A DNA stretch of 59,217 nt, counting the filler, from Sphacelaria rigidula (lineage: Eukaryota), in the NCBI GenBank assembly GCA_964200075.2. It is 9 parts of 9 records of this genome, joined end to end, with 100 filler letters (N's around TTAATTAATTAA, not from the genome) between each part and the next. Parts side by side here need not be neighbours in the genome. Positions count along the whole stretch, not along the records: positions 19,775 to 26,265 come from CAXNAA020019761.1; positions 26,366 to 32,856 come from CAXNAA020019762.1; positions 32,957 to 39,447 come from CAXNAA020019763.1; 6 more parts are not named here. One strand, 5' to 3'. The notes under the pieces were generated by a model. The model saw only the letters and a program-made list of their open reading frames with translations, was not told the origin of the DNA and made no database searches. The stretch's first letter is position 1. Every line of letters starts with the position of its first letter. This document shows positions 23,157 to 36,200 of the stretch, piece after piece. The position numbers and the translations under genes were made by a program.

Positions 23157-26100
23157 AAAAGTGTACAATCAGCGATGAGCCGCCACATTACTTTGCGCGT
23201 TGACCCCGTATCCGGATCCAATCGTCGGCCGACATTTGTCAAGGTTATCGCTCCTGTGCCTCACGAGGACGGCGGACAGAACACGGCGTTCCCACAAAGC
23301 CCGAAAGACGCAGCGTTCGCGGGAAGGCTGCGATCAGAGAACCCTGACGATGTGAGGCGAGGAGGAAGTCACGATGCAGCCGGGGCAGTAGAGGTGACGG
23401 TTACCCGTGTTGGCGATAACGAGATACCGGTTCCTGTTGTTGTACGGACGCGATCCTTCGAAAAAATATGGATTTTCATCTAGGCTTAGAAGATCACGCA
23501 CTATTCACGCACTATTCTTGGCTCGAGAAATTTTGAATACTATCGGTTGCTGTCGGGTGTTTCTAAAATATTTGCCTCGCTTTCAACTGAGCCCGCTTGC
23601 TTCGCGCCAGATTTCTTTCCATCGCAACGGTCAAGTTATACGTATTCTTGAACACCATGTTTACTATTGGCGAGGTATAATAGATGTTTGGTGTGAAACG
23701 CGCTGCAAACATGCCCTTGCTGGTGGGGGAACGCACGACTCGAAATATGTGTCCGCCATGCAACGGCAGGTCCACGTAACGTTTGAGGCGAAGCGTGATA
23801 TCTGCGTTGGGGAAGGCGGGCTTGCGATGGGCGCGCTTGAGGTGCCTGAGGTGCCGCCGGTGGTGCATGACGAACCTAGGTGCCCGCGAACACATTGCTG
23901 TCGAGTTGAGTTGGTGACTGCTTTGGATGCTTCCGATAATTGCGACGGTGCTGAGGCGATGAGGGGGAGCCCTTTTGTTTTCGTTCACGCTCCATTCACC
24001 CTTTTAATTCGTTACCGAAGGGTCTGTTGCTGGCCGCGCTTAGCGGTGTCTGTAGCGGTTGCCGATTCCCGTCAGAGCAAGAGTGGGGTTTGTTCCAAGG
24101 GGGTCACACGCTGCAACAGCCTCATTTCTCTTCGGTAAATTGCACACGCCACATCTCCACAATCGCGGAAATTCAGGGGTGTCCGGGAGACCTCAAATCT
24201 CTGCGATAATGAGAGATGCGTTTTGTTTTTTGCTTGCATTTTGTCGCAAACTTGAGTCTTGCTTCCGCTAAGGGCGCGCTGTCGAATTCAATGGTTTCCG
24301 TCGCCAGTTGCGCGATATATGTCGAGGGCTACTGATTGCAGCCGAGTGTCAGACTTGGTCGCGTATCGCGGCGATTCCCCCGTGAGATGAGGCATACATA
24401 TTAGCACCCGCCCCATGAGCACCTGTGTTGCCTGTACGGAGCGCATGCTCTTGTCATGTATGAGATCATGATATATGCTCTGTATAGCTGGGGACGTCGT
24501 CCGTTGAGGATGGGAAAGCCAGCAGACCCATCGCGAGCCTCCCCGTTTCCTGTGTCAGGCATGATTGTCAAGTGCCGGAGAGTGGAATGTACGTCGGCGA
24601 GCGGAGAGGCGATACTGGCGCTTCCGTTGACGTACGGGAGGTACGCGGGGAAAGGAGTGGCGATACCGCCTATTTTGATGTCGTATGCATCGCTGAGACG
24701 CTGTTCGCGTGGTTCATGCAATTTTGACGCCTCATGTGGACCGTTGACGTCGGTCAGTGTTCCAGGAACCATGCTATCATCGTGTGGCTCCGCAAGATCA
24801 CGATGCATGAGCAACCCCATTTATCTTGTGTGTGTGTGTGGGCACAGTGAATGTATGCAGGTCGCAGTTTGGTACCTCGCTGCCGTAGGGTTCGTGGGTG
24901 AGAGCTCACACCCGAAACGGTGTGGACGAAAGAGATGAGCCACAAATCTATCCCGCGGCCTTTTCGTTTCCGTTTGGGAATGAGACCATGCGCTTCTTCC
25001 CCAACACCTTTTCCACCCGAAGTCATGTAGCAGAGGCCGGCCGTTTCCAGTCATTATTTTTCAGTCTACCGTGCTTGTGTGTTCTATCTTTCTGTTTTCT
25101 TCACTCTCATTGGGCGAGTTTTTCCGTGTTGCTTACTTTGGATACGTCCATCCTGTGGATAATGATCAATCACGACTGGGTCCCTCAAGGGCCAGCTACC
25201 GTGCAACAATCAATCGATCAGATCAGATCAGATCAGATCAAAATGACGTGTTTCATGCCGGTCTCCAAGCGTCTCTACGGAGTGTAACCTTCGTAGCGGT
25301 CCCGTACGAAAACGCCGCTGATTGGAAGAACCAAACTTGGTTGCTGCCGTAGAAAATTGAGCTCTTTTGAGCTTGTGCTCTTGGGAGAGATCTGATACAA
25401 AAATTCAGATTTGAAACAAGGTGATGAAAAAATATCTCTTCCCTCGCTACCCATCCAGAAGGTGCCGCCGAGTGAGCAACAAACAATGGTGTCAGGCGTT
25501 TACGTCATTATTTTTTTTTCACCGTCTCCAGTCGTCGAAGGCGGGAGGGTATGATGAGGAAACGAAAATATCGATGAAGAGTTGACGGGCTGCGGGAATG
25601 CTGATCCAAGGCCCGATAATAGATTGCTAGGCAAGTACCCGAGGAGATATGAATCACTCCCTTTACGCTACGAACGCGATCCCGGGGGTGGGGGTGCGAG
25701 GGAGTATGACGAGAAAGAAAAATAGGTATGAGTGTACGTAGCATTGTTGATAAGTGGTTTCCCTTAATTTTTGCCTGCTTCCACTCGGACTTACGCGTTC
25801 GTTCGTGTTGCTCCGCCGATTCACGAACTGCCGGCCTGCGTTGCTGCGGTGACAGGTTCCACGCCAGGATGAATGCATCGGAGTCGCACATGCTGATGAA
25901 GGTGCGCGTTCAAAAGCATACATGTTCAATTGAGTGAAAGGAGTAAAGATGACGGCGCTGCGGTAACTCGGTGTATTGAGAGCTAGGTTGCCGTGTACGA
26001 GCCGTCTTTGCCGAGTCACGTTCATGTTTGGGGCTTTGAGGCCTGGAGCGAATATGCATTTTTCGTGTCAAGATGCCATGAGCGCTATTTGCCCTCGGGA

Positions 26101-26724
26101 TCCTTCACACACACACACCGATTGAAGACATGTTTTGGACTCATGCGCGCACGTGACGAGGAAAAAATATGTTCGCCTTGTGGGAACGTGCACGAAGTAT
26201 GGTTCCTGCCCCCCCCCCCCCGCCCACACCACTCCCGCCCCCAAACAGCAGGGCGACAATCGGCCNNNNNNNNNNNNNNNNNNNNNNNNNNNNNNNNNNN
26301 NNNNNNNNNTTAATTAATTAANNNNNNNNNNNNNNNNNNNNNNNNNNNNNNNNNNNNNNNNNNNNAAAAAATTGGGTTAATAGTATGAGAGTTAAATAGT
26401 CTTCTGGCTATGGCATGCAAGATCGTGAGTACCCCCCTCCCCCCCCCTGCTCCAAATGACTAAGGCAAGCAACAAATGAGTACGCCCCCCCCCCCCCTGC
26501 TCCGTCTCGAAAGGGACGCGTGGTCAATGGTCAAACGACTGAGGCAAGCAACAAATGAATACGCCCCCCGTCCCAATCCCCTCATCGCCTCTTGATTTTG
26601 TCCGCATCTTTGTTCTTTCAGATTATGGAGTTCTTGCCAGGAGGTGATTTGATGAGCTTGCTGATAAAAGAGGATACGTTTACGGAGGCGGCCACTAAGC
26701 AGGTAAATGGGGAATACGGTACTA

Positions 26725-28490
26725 CGACGTGGGCCGGCTGATTGTGTTTTTCGTCGGTAAACGGGTGACGCAGTACTCAATTTGAGCATTCGGGCGCTGA
26801 AATTCTGACACGACAATTTTATCTTGAACACGCGTAACACTTACGGGAATGCCAAGAGACGAGAAAAGAACATGAAATTCGTGGAGCAATTTGGAACACA
26901 AACGGCGGCATGCCCCGTCACGAAATTCGTACCTGCGCACACAAGATCCCGGTGGAATTTCGGCTGAAAACTCCCAAAAATTGGGCCTAGCGTGGGACTT
27001 TTTTAGGCTTGAGTTCCGTATGCGCGCATAAAGTTCAGCTTAATTTCGTTTGTTTTAGCCTAAATAGGCCTGTTTAGCGCAAAGGTTATAATCGGCTTAT
27101 AACGCTTGAAACGAGCTTAACTTGCTTAAAACGCGCATAATGTTGCGGTATTTTTTTGCTTGCAAGTGCTTCATGTAACGTAACTCGCCACCAGACAGGC
27201 TGACAGGCGTCAGGCTTCGGGCTCCAGCACTCAACACTTTAAATTTCCAAGGTCATGTTCCGTGTTCCTATTTTGTTGCGGGTCTGATGAGCAGACTGCT
27301 CCAGTTTATATTTTATACACATGTTACTATGTTACTTTCAAAAATGTGATAAGATATTCGAAATAAGTAATACACTTGAAATTTGTACAGCAGACAGCAG
27401 TAGTAACATCAGCACCAACAGAGAGAAGCGATAACGAGCGATAGCAGCGTTTGTAACTCACGGGGTCATGGCGGGCCTGCTGTCCGAGAAGGACGACTTT
27501 TAGGTCGCGGTCTCAGGCGCGCACTCGGAGTACGGTTTGCTGTCGTTTGACATGACAACAAGAACAGGCTTCCCAGTTGGTATTTCGTGGCGATGGATAT
27601 TGTACTTCTCGAGCCATCGTCGGCGTCTACAGAGCGAGTGTTTTCGATTTTGAGGGGGTGCTTGAACTCCCGGCAGGAGAAGACGTTACGTGACCCGATC
27701 ATATCCGTAGTTATGATGAAATGCGATCGGTACCGGTAGTTCGACAAGATTTTCAATTTCGACTGACGGTAGATGACGCGGGGGGGGTGGTGGTAGCTTG
27801 AAGCTTGTAGCTTGCCGGGCGAGAGGCCAAAGGCTGCAATGCCCGGTGTCTGGAGGCTACAATTCCGTACTGCTGTATCAAGTATCGTAAGTGTAGTGAC
27901 GTTTGTTGTTTCCGTACGTGGGTCAGGGTGTTGGTGTGCAGGTTGTGGTCTCCAAACTCAAAAACTGAAAAAAAAAGCTTCATTTTTTAAATATAAATAA
28001 TAAAAAAAAAAACTTCGAATGCCCAACTTGCCGTATTGTCCTCATGCTAGAAGGCGCGCCTCGTGAGGGGAAACTCCCACAACGCCACAACAAGGGCGGG
28101 GATAAGGCGCATAAAGCGCGCCTAATTTGCGCTAAAAAGGCTTGGAATGGGGGCTCAAAAAACAAATAAAAGCTTATAAAAAAAATAAATGGAGCTTCAT
28201 TTCATGAAAAAAACGCGCATACGGAACTAAAGCCTAGACTTTTTGTGTGATCTAAGTGATACAGGAGACTGCAGTTATAGAGATAAAGAGTTCGGATCCC
28301 GATAAATCCTACATTTTCGCAAAATTTGGCTCCGTCGTCGAGGTCATATATTTTTGCTCTTTTTTTGCGGCAAAGCGTGCATAATCAGGTTGGTCTGCAG
28401 TTTACAGCGATGTGCTTAGATCGGGTTGATTCGGGAAACTGAAGAAGTTGTGTGCTGAGGGATTCTACGTTTTACGACTGGTCCAGCTTG
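26725..28490. mobile_element. Mariner-type MITE copy interrupted by a hAT element
   Basis: ta|cgacgtgggccgg ... ctggtccagcttg|ta. Homologous to 42989-44110 on both sides of the insertion. Confidence 0.7.
27004..28236. mobile_element. Non-autonomous hAT-type element, 1233 bp
   Basis: 23-bp TIRs taggcttgagttccgtatgcgcg / cgcgcatacggaactaaagccta (1 mismatch). Perfect 8-bp TSD GACTTTTT at 26996-27003 and 28237-28244. Confidence 0.9.
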
Positions 28491-29226
28491 TACTGAGGTG
28501 TGTGTGTGTGTATAACCGTTATCCTGGAAGGGGGGTATAAAAAAACATGATTAGCTGGTGAAGAGTTTAACCAGGAATGAGACGGCGTATGATACCGCTA
28601 TACCTTGATATTACGGTACCGCTTTATTACCGTAGGTTGTAGTGTGTGTCGCGAGTACGTTATGCACTAGCCATTGAGTAACAAACACCCCCGTGTGATA
28701 TTTTTTTACCGATCCATAGCGGCACTCCGGCACCTACATTATACGTACCAGGACACGTTGTGTATCACCCCCGTCCCCCCCCCTCAGAGTTGTTGGTTTT
28801 CAGGCCCAAGTCATCATCCAGGGGGTGATATCTATCGTACAGTGTATCCTCCGGTACGTTCATTGAATTATTAATGCGTTACTTGTGTGATACCTGAGGT
28901 CAAGACTGGGCTCGCTGGAGGACTAGGTGAGCCCCGGATTGTCGTCGCTGCAGACTTCGCTGTGGGAGCACTTGGGAGCTCTCGTATGCGTGTGTGTCAC
29001 CTGTTCTTCTATTCTGTTAACCAAGGGTTCATTCCTGGACGGGCGGCGGATGAAAGAGATTTACCATCCAAAAGAAGGCGCGCGCGGGGGGGGGGGGGGG
29101 GGGGGCACATTGAAGTGTTTGATTTGCTTTCTGCTTTTGGCAGCATTTGTGTCTTTTTGGTGGACCAAAAATAGTNNNNNNNNNNTCGTGGGCGGGGGGG
29201 GGGAGGGTACCGAGTGTATGTCCATC

Positions 29227-29262
<36 letters not shown>

Positions 29263-29359
29263 CGTCAGATTGAGACTGTTGATTGTCTTGATCCTTTTGG
29301 AACCCATTGACGATTTTTGTTGAAACAAAAATCGTCAATGGGTCCCCGAAGAATTATGA

Positions 29360-29559
29360 CCCCTTGACCGCGAGGGTAGGTCACCTGCTGGATCGGCATC
29401 AATGTTCACTCGAAAAAAATTATGGAGGATCCAGATGGGGTACCCGCACAGCGGTCTAAGGGTTAACCCTTCGACAGCGAGAGTAGGTCATCTGTTGACA
29501 TAGCATCAGTTTTCACTTGAAAAAGTATATGCATGACCCCGATGGGCACGTGAGTCTAA
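29360..29559. mobile_element. Two tandem copies of the ~98-bp piggyBac-like MITE joined by TTAA (second copy truncated)
   Basis: ...gcggtctaaggg TTAA cccttcgacagcgagagtaggtc... homologous to the units at 43584-44089. Confidence 0.75.
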
Positions 29560-29799
29560 CAAATATTTTTTTGAGCGAAAATGATGCCAACTTCAAGCAA
29601 CAGAGGGCAACCCTGAGGCGATCATTTTTTTTGTTTTTCCTCATCGACAGAGCTATTTCGTCAACCGCATATGGATATATATATATATATCATCATCCTC
29701 CGAGTATATGTACTTTTTTGACAATGTGTCATTATCCACACATGCATCCGTTCATCCATTCCCTGTGTGCCTTCGTTTCCTACCGTCTGCATCCCGTGA

Positions 29800-29976
<177 letters not shown>

Positions 29977-30877
29977 TGATCGGGTGATATATGGATTGGT
30001 TGGGTGGTTGGCTGTATAGGATGAAGCGATCCGTCACGAATCACACTGTGGGGGGTCATTAGATACACGGACACACTCGCTGAAAAAACTCTAGCAGAGG
30101 ATTACCAATATAACATCTAGTGAAATACAGTATGAGTGATATAAATATATTGTTGATTAATTATTTAATTATTTTTTTGAGGATGAAACGGGAATGTTGG
30201 GATGAGAACGATTTAATTTTTTGGACAAGGGGAAAACAATATCGAAAAAAGATCTGCACTGTTTTTTTTTTTGCCGTTTGGTGTGCCGAGCGCGGACCGT
30301 TCCCGCAAAGCGAGTTTGTCGAGACAGGCACTGTGATTTGAAGAAAACAACGGAAAAAATTACGCTCGAGTTGTACTCGTGGCCGACGAGAACATGTGTG
30401 ATGTAGACAACCTATCGATGGACTCTCCTGAACAAGCCACCGTCCTCAACAAAACCAAATGTAATGAAACCACGCAGACGGAACGGGGGCGGGGCAAAAA
30501 TGGAGGAGAGGTCTGAATCGGAGTAACTTTGTTTCTGTGACTGAAAGTGTGCAAAGGTATAATGCACTCCAATAAATTATAAATAGAGAAGCGTTGCTGC
30601 TTGTATACCCAGCCGCTCTTGGGACCCGCGTTAGAGAGCGTGGCTTGTACTGGAGCGTAGAACACCACGGTGATTGTCTTGTGCTCTTCTGTTTCTTTGT
30701 TATGCAGAGTCTATGTTCACCGCCACGTGCGACCCGTCGTCTGCATATCATCCCTCCGCTGTACAGCATTACAGCAATATGATATTGTACTCTCTCCCAT
30801 CTCTCGAACTATTCGTCATGTGTTTGTCCGACCTCCTTTTGTCTGCGTGACTTCCCACTCCCAGCTCGAAATTAATA

Positions 30878-31140
30878 GAAAAAGTGCTCTATGTTGATTA
30901 TTTTGAAGCTCAAAATTCTGCGCTCGCTTACTTGCCATCCACGGATAATGCACGCCAACAAATAATGAAGAGAAGAGAGCTGCCGCTTCGTGTACCCAGC
31001 AACACGAAAAATCCAAGGTAAAGAGCACGGCGTGTACCGGAACAGATATCACCATAGCGACGGTGTCATGCTCTTCTGTGTACTAGTTGTGTTGAGCCTA
31101 TCGGTACCGCCATGTATGTGCGCCGTGCTGTCTCTACAGC
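30878..31140 (+). repeat. Interspersed repeat; inverted copy at ~32027-32265 and partial direct copy at ~30570-30745
   Basis: aagctcaaaat..cgctc.cttactt.ccatcca..gagagctgccgct..tccaaggta..atgctcttctgtgtac, found on both strands. Confidence 0.8.
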
Positions 31141-31287
31141 AAAACTAGTGACAGCGTACAGACAGGACGGAAACCCTGTAAAACACACAGGGTAGTCCCA
31201 TGCTGTACAAAACAGTGCAATGTAGTCTTCCACCCCCCCCGTGCGCTGCGTTCCTTCCTTTTGTCTACGGGTATCACTAAAGGATTA

Positions 31288-31837
31288 CAGTCGTGGGCGG
31301 TCTCACTATTTAGAGGGGTTTTGGGGTTTTCCTCGCGTATTACTCTTCGATAGAAATCGAAATTGCTAGCGTCGGTAGATTTTGGTACAACACAACAGAT
31401 TATCCTCGAAACAAAGTGCCTGAGCCAGTGTGTGTTGGTGTTATCGGGCGAAACGAGTAAATACATTGTTCATCAGGAGAGTGTTGTTGACCGTGAAACA
31501 CAGTTTTTCGGCCGTAGTGCAATGAGTAGGCAGAATTTCGAAAAATGAATCTGTACATTTCTTTGGAAATGTGATCAGGACGGGCTCGATCGACCGAAAA
31601 TACATGAGGGTAAGAATATGAGCTGAAACGTGGCAGGGTCCCCGATAACCGGTCAGCCCGTAAATCACTCAAAATTGGGTACATATGATTTTTTCTTCTT
31701 GGAATGTGGAGCGGATACAAACATCTTCAGATCCCCGATGGGATAAGCCGTGGCAAGCGGAAAGAGCCCAAGAATATCACCAATTACGAAAAAATCACAA
31801 AATGCCACAATTTGAAAAGTTAGACAGCCCACTACTG
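31288..31837. mobile_element. Tc1/pogo-type MITE, 550 bp, TA TSD; inverted partial copy at 57212-57614
   Basis: TA|CAGTCGTGGGCGGTCTCACT ... AGTTAGACAGCCCACTACTG|TA, with ~400 bp of clear similarity to 57212-57614. Confidence 0.8.
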
Positions 31838-32297
31838 TAGATTCCGCCAAACCTCCAGAGACAGTGACCCCTTTTTCCCACCACTTCTAACATTTAACCC
31901 TCTAACCACCAGGGTGGGTCACGTTGGTGCTGTTATAAATTTTCGAATGAAAATTATGCCGAATCAGCAGGGGACCAACCCTGGGGATGACACTTGCTCA
32001 CATGTTGTTTGAAACAACGGGCGAATGCTGTAGAGACGGCGCACATACTCGGTGGTACACAGAAGAGCATAATGCCATCGCCATGATGCTGTCTGTTCCT
32101 GTACACGCCACGCTTTCTACCTTGGATGTTTGGTGTAAGGGGGTACACAAAGCGGCAGCTCTTGTCTCTTCATAATTTGTCGGCGTGTATCGTAGATGGA
32201 TGGGAAGTAAGTGAGCGCGGGATTTTGAGCTTTGAAAAAATCAACATACAGCAGCACTTTTTTTCGTCTTGTCGAGCTGGGAGTGGTGCGCCCCGGT

Positions 32298-32356
32298 GGT
32301 GTAGAGGTTCGACTGTTGCCGTTAGGGTCGAGTGAACGAGGGTTCGATTCCCGATT
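32298..32356 (+). repeat. tRNA-like SINE head remnant
   Basis: A-box-like tggtgtagagg and B-box ggttcgattcc, with no intact cloverleaf. Confidence 0.45.
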
Positions 32357-33210
32357 CTTTATTTTTCTTCTTCGTAGTCTGTGATTTCTTCTTGTAATCT
32401 GATCCATGGTGATAGCAATAGATAGTGAGAACAATGGGAAGGGATGCAGCGGGGGAAGATATAGAAGACAACACTCTACTGTACTGCATTGTATTGTCCT
32501 GTACTTTGCTTTGTCGTCTGGCTTTGTCCTCTATATACAAAGAAAGCACCTTCAGGGTGAGTCGTATGTTGTGCGCTGGCTTGAAAGATAAATGCAACAC
32601 CCAGGTGACCCAAGCGGAGGTTCAAGGGTTCACTTTTAGAGCTAGCGACAGAAAGAGGTGACGCTCTCCAAGTGTTTGGTGTAATCTGATCGTTGGTGAT
32701 ACCCATGGACAGCGGAAAGCAACGTAGCGGGGGGGGGGGCGTACTCATTTATTGCTTGCCTTAGTTGTTTGACCATTGACGACGCATCCATTTCGAGACG
32801 GGGCACCGTTCCTACTCCTAATAAAGACCCCTCCCCCATTTTGGCGCCCATTACGTNNNNNNNNNNNNNNNNNNNNNNNNNNNNNNNNNNNNNNNNNNNN
32901 TTAATTAATTAANNNNNNNNNNNNNNNNNNNNNNNNNNNNNNNNNNNNNNNNNNNNGATGAGGTAACGGGCTCCTAACAATTCTAATCTCAGAAATTATT
33001 TCTGTACCCCTACCGTAACATCACTCCTAGGATATCGTTCCTGAAAGCAGCTGTCATATCCATGTGCTCTAAGGCCATTGTCGTTGTGCCATCGTATTGG
33101 CGTGGTAGGGGGTAGAGGGAGGATGGGGGGGAAGCTATCGCATCCTTACTGGATGCGGGGAGACGATCATCATCACATATACCACGCACGCGCCGGGTGC
33201 ATCGACTTAC

Positions 33211-36200
33211 CTTTGTCACGCACAATTGGTCCGTTCCAGCAGGTTTGCCGTCCCTCGTCGCGAAGACGGTGGTGCGCTCGTCAGTGGTAGCTTCCCGGAT
33301 AATGAATCCCAGACCCTTCTCGAGCTTCTCGCACATATCCTTAGAGCTAGCAATCACGGTCCACTGCTGATTGTTCATCATGGTACGCACGTATGTCTTC
33401 GTAACTGCACCTTCGCTGTCGGAGGAATTTTTGTCGTGGCTTGGGCCGAAGTAATGGTGTTCCATGTGAAAGTGTTTCCCGTTTGGCGCTCCGCGGCTGT
33501 CGAGGGCGAGGATCATGGCGCCTGCCACCCAGCCAAAGTGGAATCGGCACTTGGATTGTTTTCCGCAGTTGTCGGAGAAGATAATTACACAGTTCATCGG
33601 AGGCGCCCCTATCTTCCGTAGTATAGCCGGAATATCGTCGCTCAGCAGCCTCGTCCACACATGTTGGACCCATGCGTTATCTTGAGCCATGTTGTCGCTT
33701 AATATCACGAACGAGTATGCCCAGACGCGCCCGTTGATTCTGAACAATATATAATAGCGTCGTGGTTCCAGTGTTGACTCTGAACCTGGTCTTGCTCTTT
33801 GACTTGCAGCCGTTCCTGGAAGTCTACAACCAAGACAACTTCCCCATCTTCCATCGTGAGCCTTTTCTCGTTGAACGCTGGGCGTTGCATTTTTGTATTG
33901 TCTTCTGTGGCAGATATACTTAGAAAATATGTCCGAAAATTCGAGCATGAAGTCGTCTACCATTCCTTTCTTCTCTGCGATTGCCTGCAGAGCAGCACCG
34001 GAGACAGGACGAAAGAGGGGATTCACGAGGAAAGGTGGGATACATCCCTGTGTTGCGCGTTCCAGAACCGTGTGCGTGTTTCGTCTTTCTTGCGTCATAT
34101 TTTGGATGAGGTGCATGTGAAAGCGGACGTGAGATGTCGGCCCCAAAGTGTTGGGTGGTTCCTCGTCTACGCAGCCTCCGATACCGAACAATAAATTCTC
34201 ATACATGCCTATGCAATAACTCATTGTAGAACCCCATTTTGCTTCATGCTGGAAAAGGTCCTCGAAGGTGATAAAGGAGTCGTATATTTCGACCTATATT
34301 TTTGTAATCCATATGCTCTCACGTTTATATCTATGAACGTCAGGACGTTCCAGTTTTTGTGAAGATCCCTTTCGGTTGTCCCTAGCCCATTGGATGGACC
34401 GGTGATCATGGCGTGCCGTCACATATATCCCAGATATGTATTTTCTCGATGAGATACAGGGCTCCTAGCAATGTAGTCATAAAATTTCTTGTGCACTCCT
34501 ACCATGGTACCATAGCATCACCCTAGTATGTACACAATTTATGAGCATTTTCCCCCTCTCGTACCTGTCGGTTCTTCGACTTCGATCCCCTTCGTGGGTC
34601 GTACTCGGCGTCGGCGCCTTCACGTCCTCGCTGTCGACGGTTCGTAGTTCTCGCCGCCGTCGTCGGCAGTCCCCTCTCATCCACGTCGGTGTATATGTTC
34701 CACCGAATCTCCCCGGGCGGCGACCCTCCGCTGAGATTAGCCGCTGATGAATGAGGATAAAGCAGCCTGCGTCCCGCCGCCTTTGTGTTTTGGAAACCCG
34801 AAGAACGCGGTTTGTTTGTGTTGGCATTCGACGCAATAGCCGGTTATGCATATCGACCTATCTGCTTCAACGCGCGTTCCGTCCCGCGACGTGTATAAGT
34901 TCTCCTTCTCGCACATGTGCTTATCGCTGAAGTTGCCCATGCTGTAGATCTCTTTTCGCGACTCGTATGGGAGGTAGTCTGCACAAGCTCCATTTCCGCA
35001 CAGGTCGCAGTCGCACGTGCACGCGGAACCAGGAGTCAGGCCTTGGTGCAGCGTTGGCCACAAATCATATAAGGCGATGGTGATGAGCTTCGTCTTGTAG
35101 CAGGTTGCGCATAGGCAAGATCGATTCGACTGCTCGATAACGTAAAGAGGTATCATTTCCTCGAAATACCGCCGGCTGGTTTTCCACACTTCGACGTCTC
35201 CGGCGGCATGCTGAGCGAGCACGGTGACATGAAGGCGCAGGATGGGACGGATCATTGCGGATACTCATTAGTTTCGTGAGCTCTGCGCGGCTCGATAGTG
35301 GGCTTGGTGTCTTGAATTGGGGATTAATATCATTTCAATATCAGGAAGCGATTTATCAGATATACGGTAGGGGCGGTACATTTGTGCCCGGATATTCGTC
35401 ATCCCAGGGTCGCTAAAGTTGAGAGAGTCACACGAGAACATCGGCGAGGAGATTATCGTTTTATGTATGTACACATGTTTTTGCGTGATTACCATATACC
35501 ATCGTAATCCTGCGACGGCAGGGGTGATATGTATGCATGGGCCCGAATGTTTTTTCTTCAGTGGCGCCTACAGTTCAGAGGTACCCGTAAATAATAGTCT
35601 AGATAGTCCCGGTTTCGTATTATTGCGGGAGGTCCCCTACCCCATTGAAACGATCGTGGTGCAGTGTAGTAATATATTTTCAGTAGTCGAAGTTTTGGAG
35701 ATATCCGAGGCTCTTTAATTCGCTAACCTCTCAATGAATTTTGGCACGCCTGTAATGTGTGCACTTTCACGGGGAACATCCGCCAGCTGTATCTACGGCA
35801 GGTTCGAACTCACCGCGTCAGCCATTTCTCCCATGATTGTGTCGTAGAGTTGTGTCTTCGTGCCCATCAAGTATTGAATAGGCATACAAGAGCAAATGTC
35901 GGGATTTACGCATATCAACGAGCCGTCCGCGTCCGAGCGCGTGTGGTTGCCCGGTCCGTAGGCGTGATGCCATTTCACCTCAGATGGGGATGACTGAGTA
36001 TGAAACATTATCCGTTCGAGAATCCAGTCCAAAGCCTTGGGACACATACTCTCAAGTCGGTCTGATCGCAGTTTCCTCTCGGATACATTGCGATGGTTAG
36101 ATGACGAAATACGTAGGAATCAGTGGGGGGTGGGAGGGGGGGTGGGCGTGAGATTGTCACGTGAGGCTGGGACAAAACTCAGCAAAAAGTCGCCTTGCAT

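Noticed and set aside
23407..24138. 243-aa plus-strand ORF as a gene
   Set aside because: No recognisable motif, and it is in codon register with a more protein-like minus-strand frame.
28927..29338. Gly-rich and Pro-rich ORFs
   Set aside because: Produced by poly-G homopolymers and an internal N gap.
33010..34224. 404-aa ORF as an intact gene
   Set aside because: Both ends are intronic read-through, and the first catalytic motif lies in a different frame (33705-33890).
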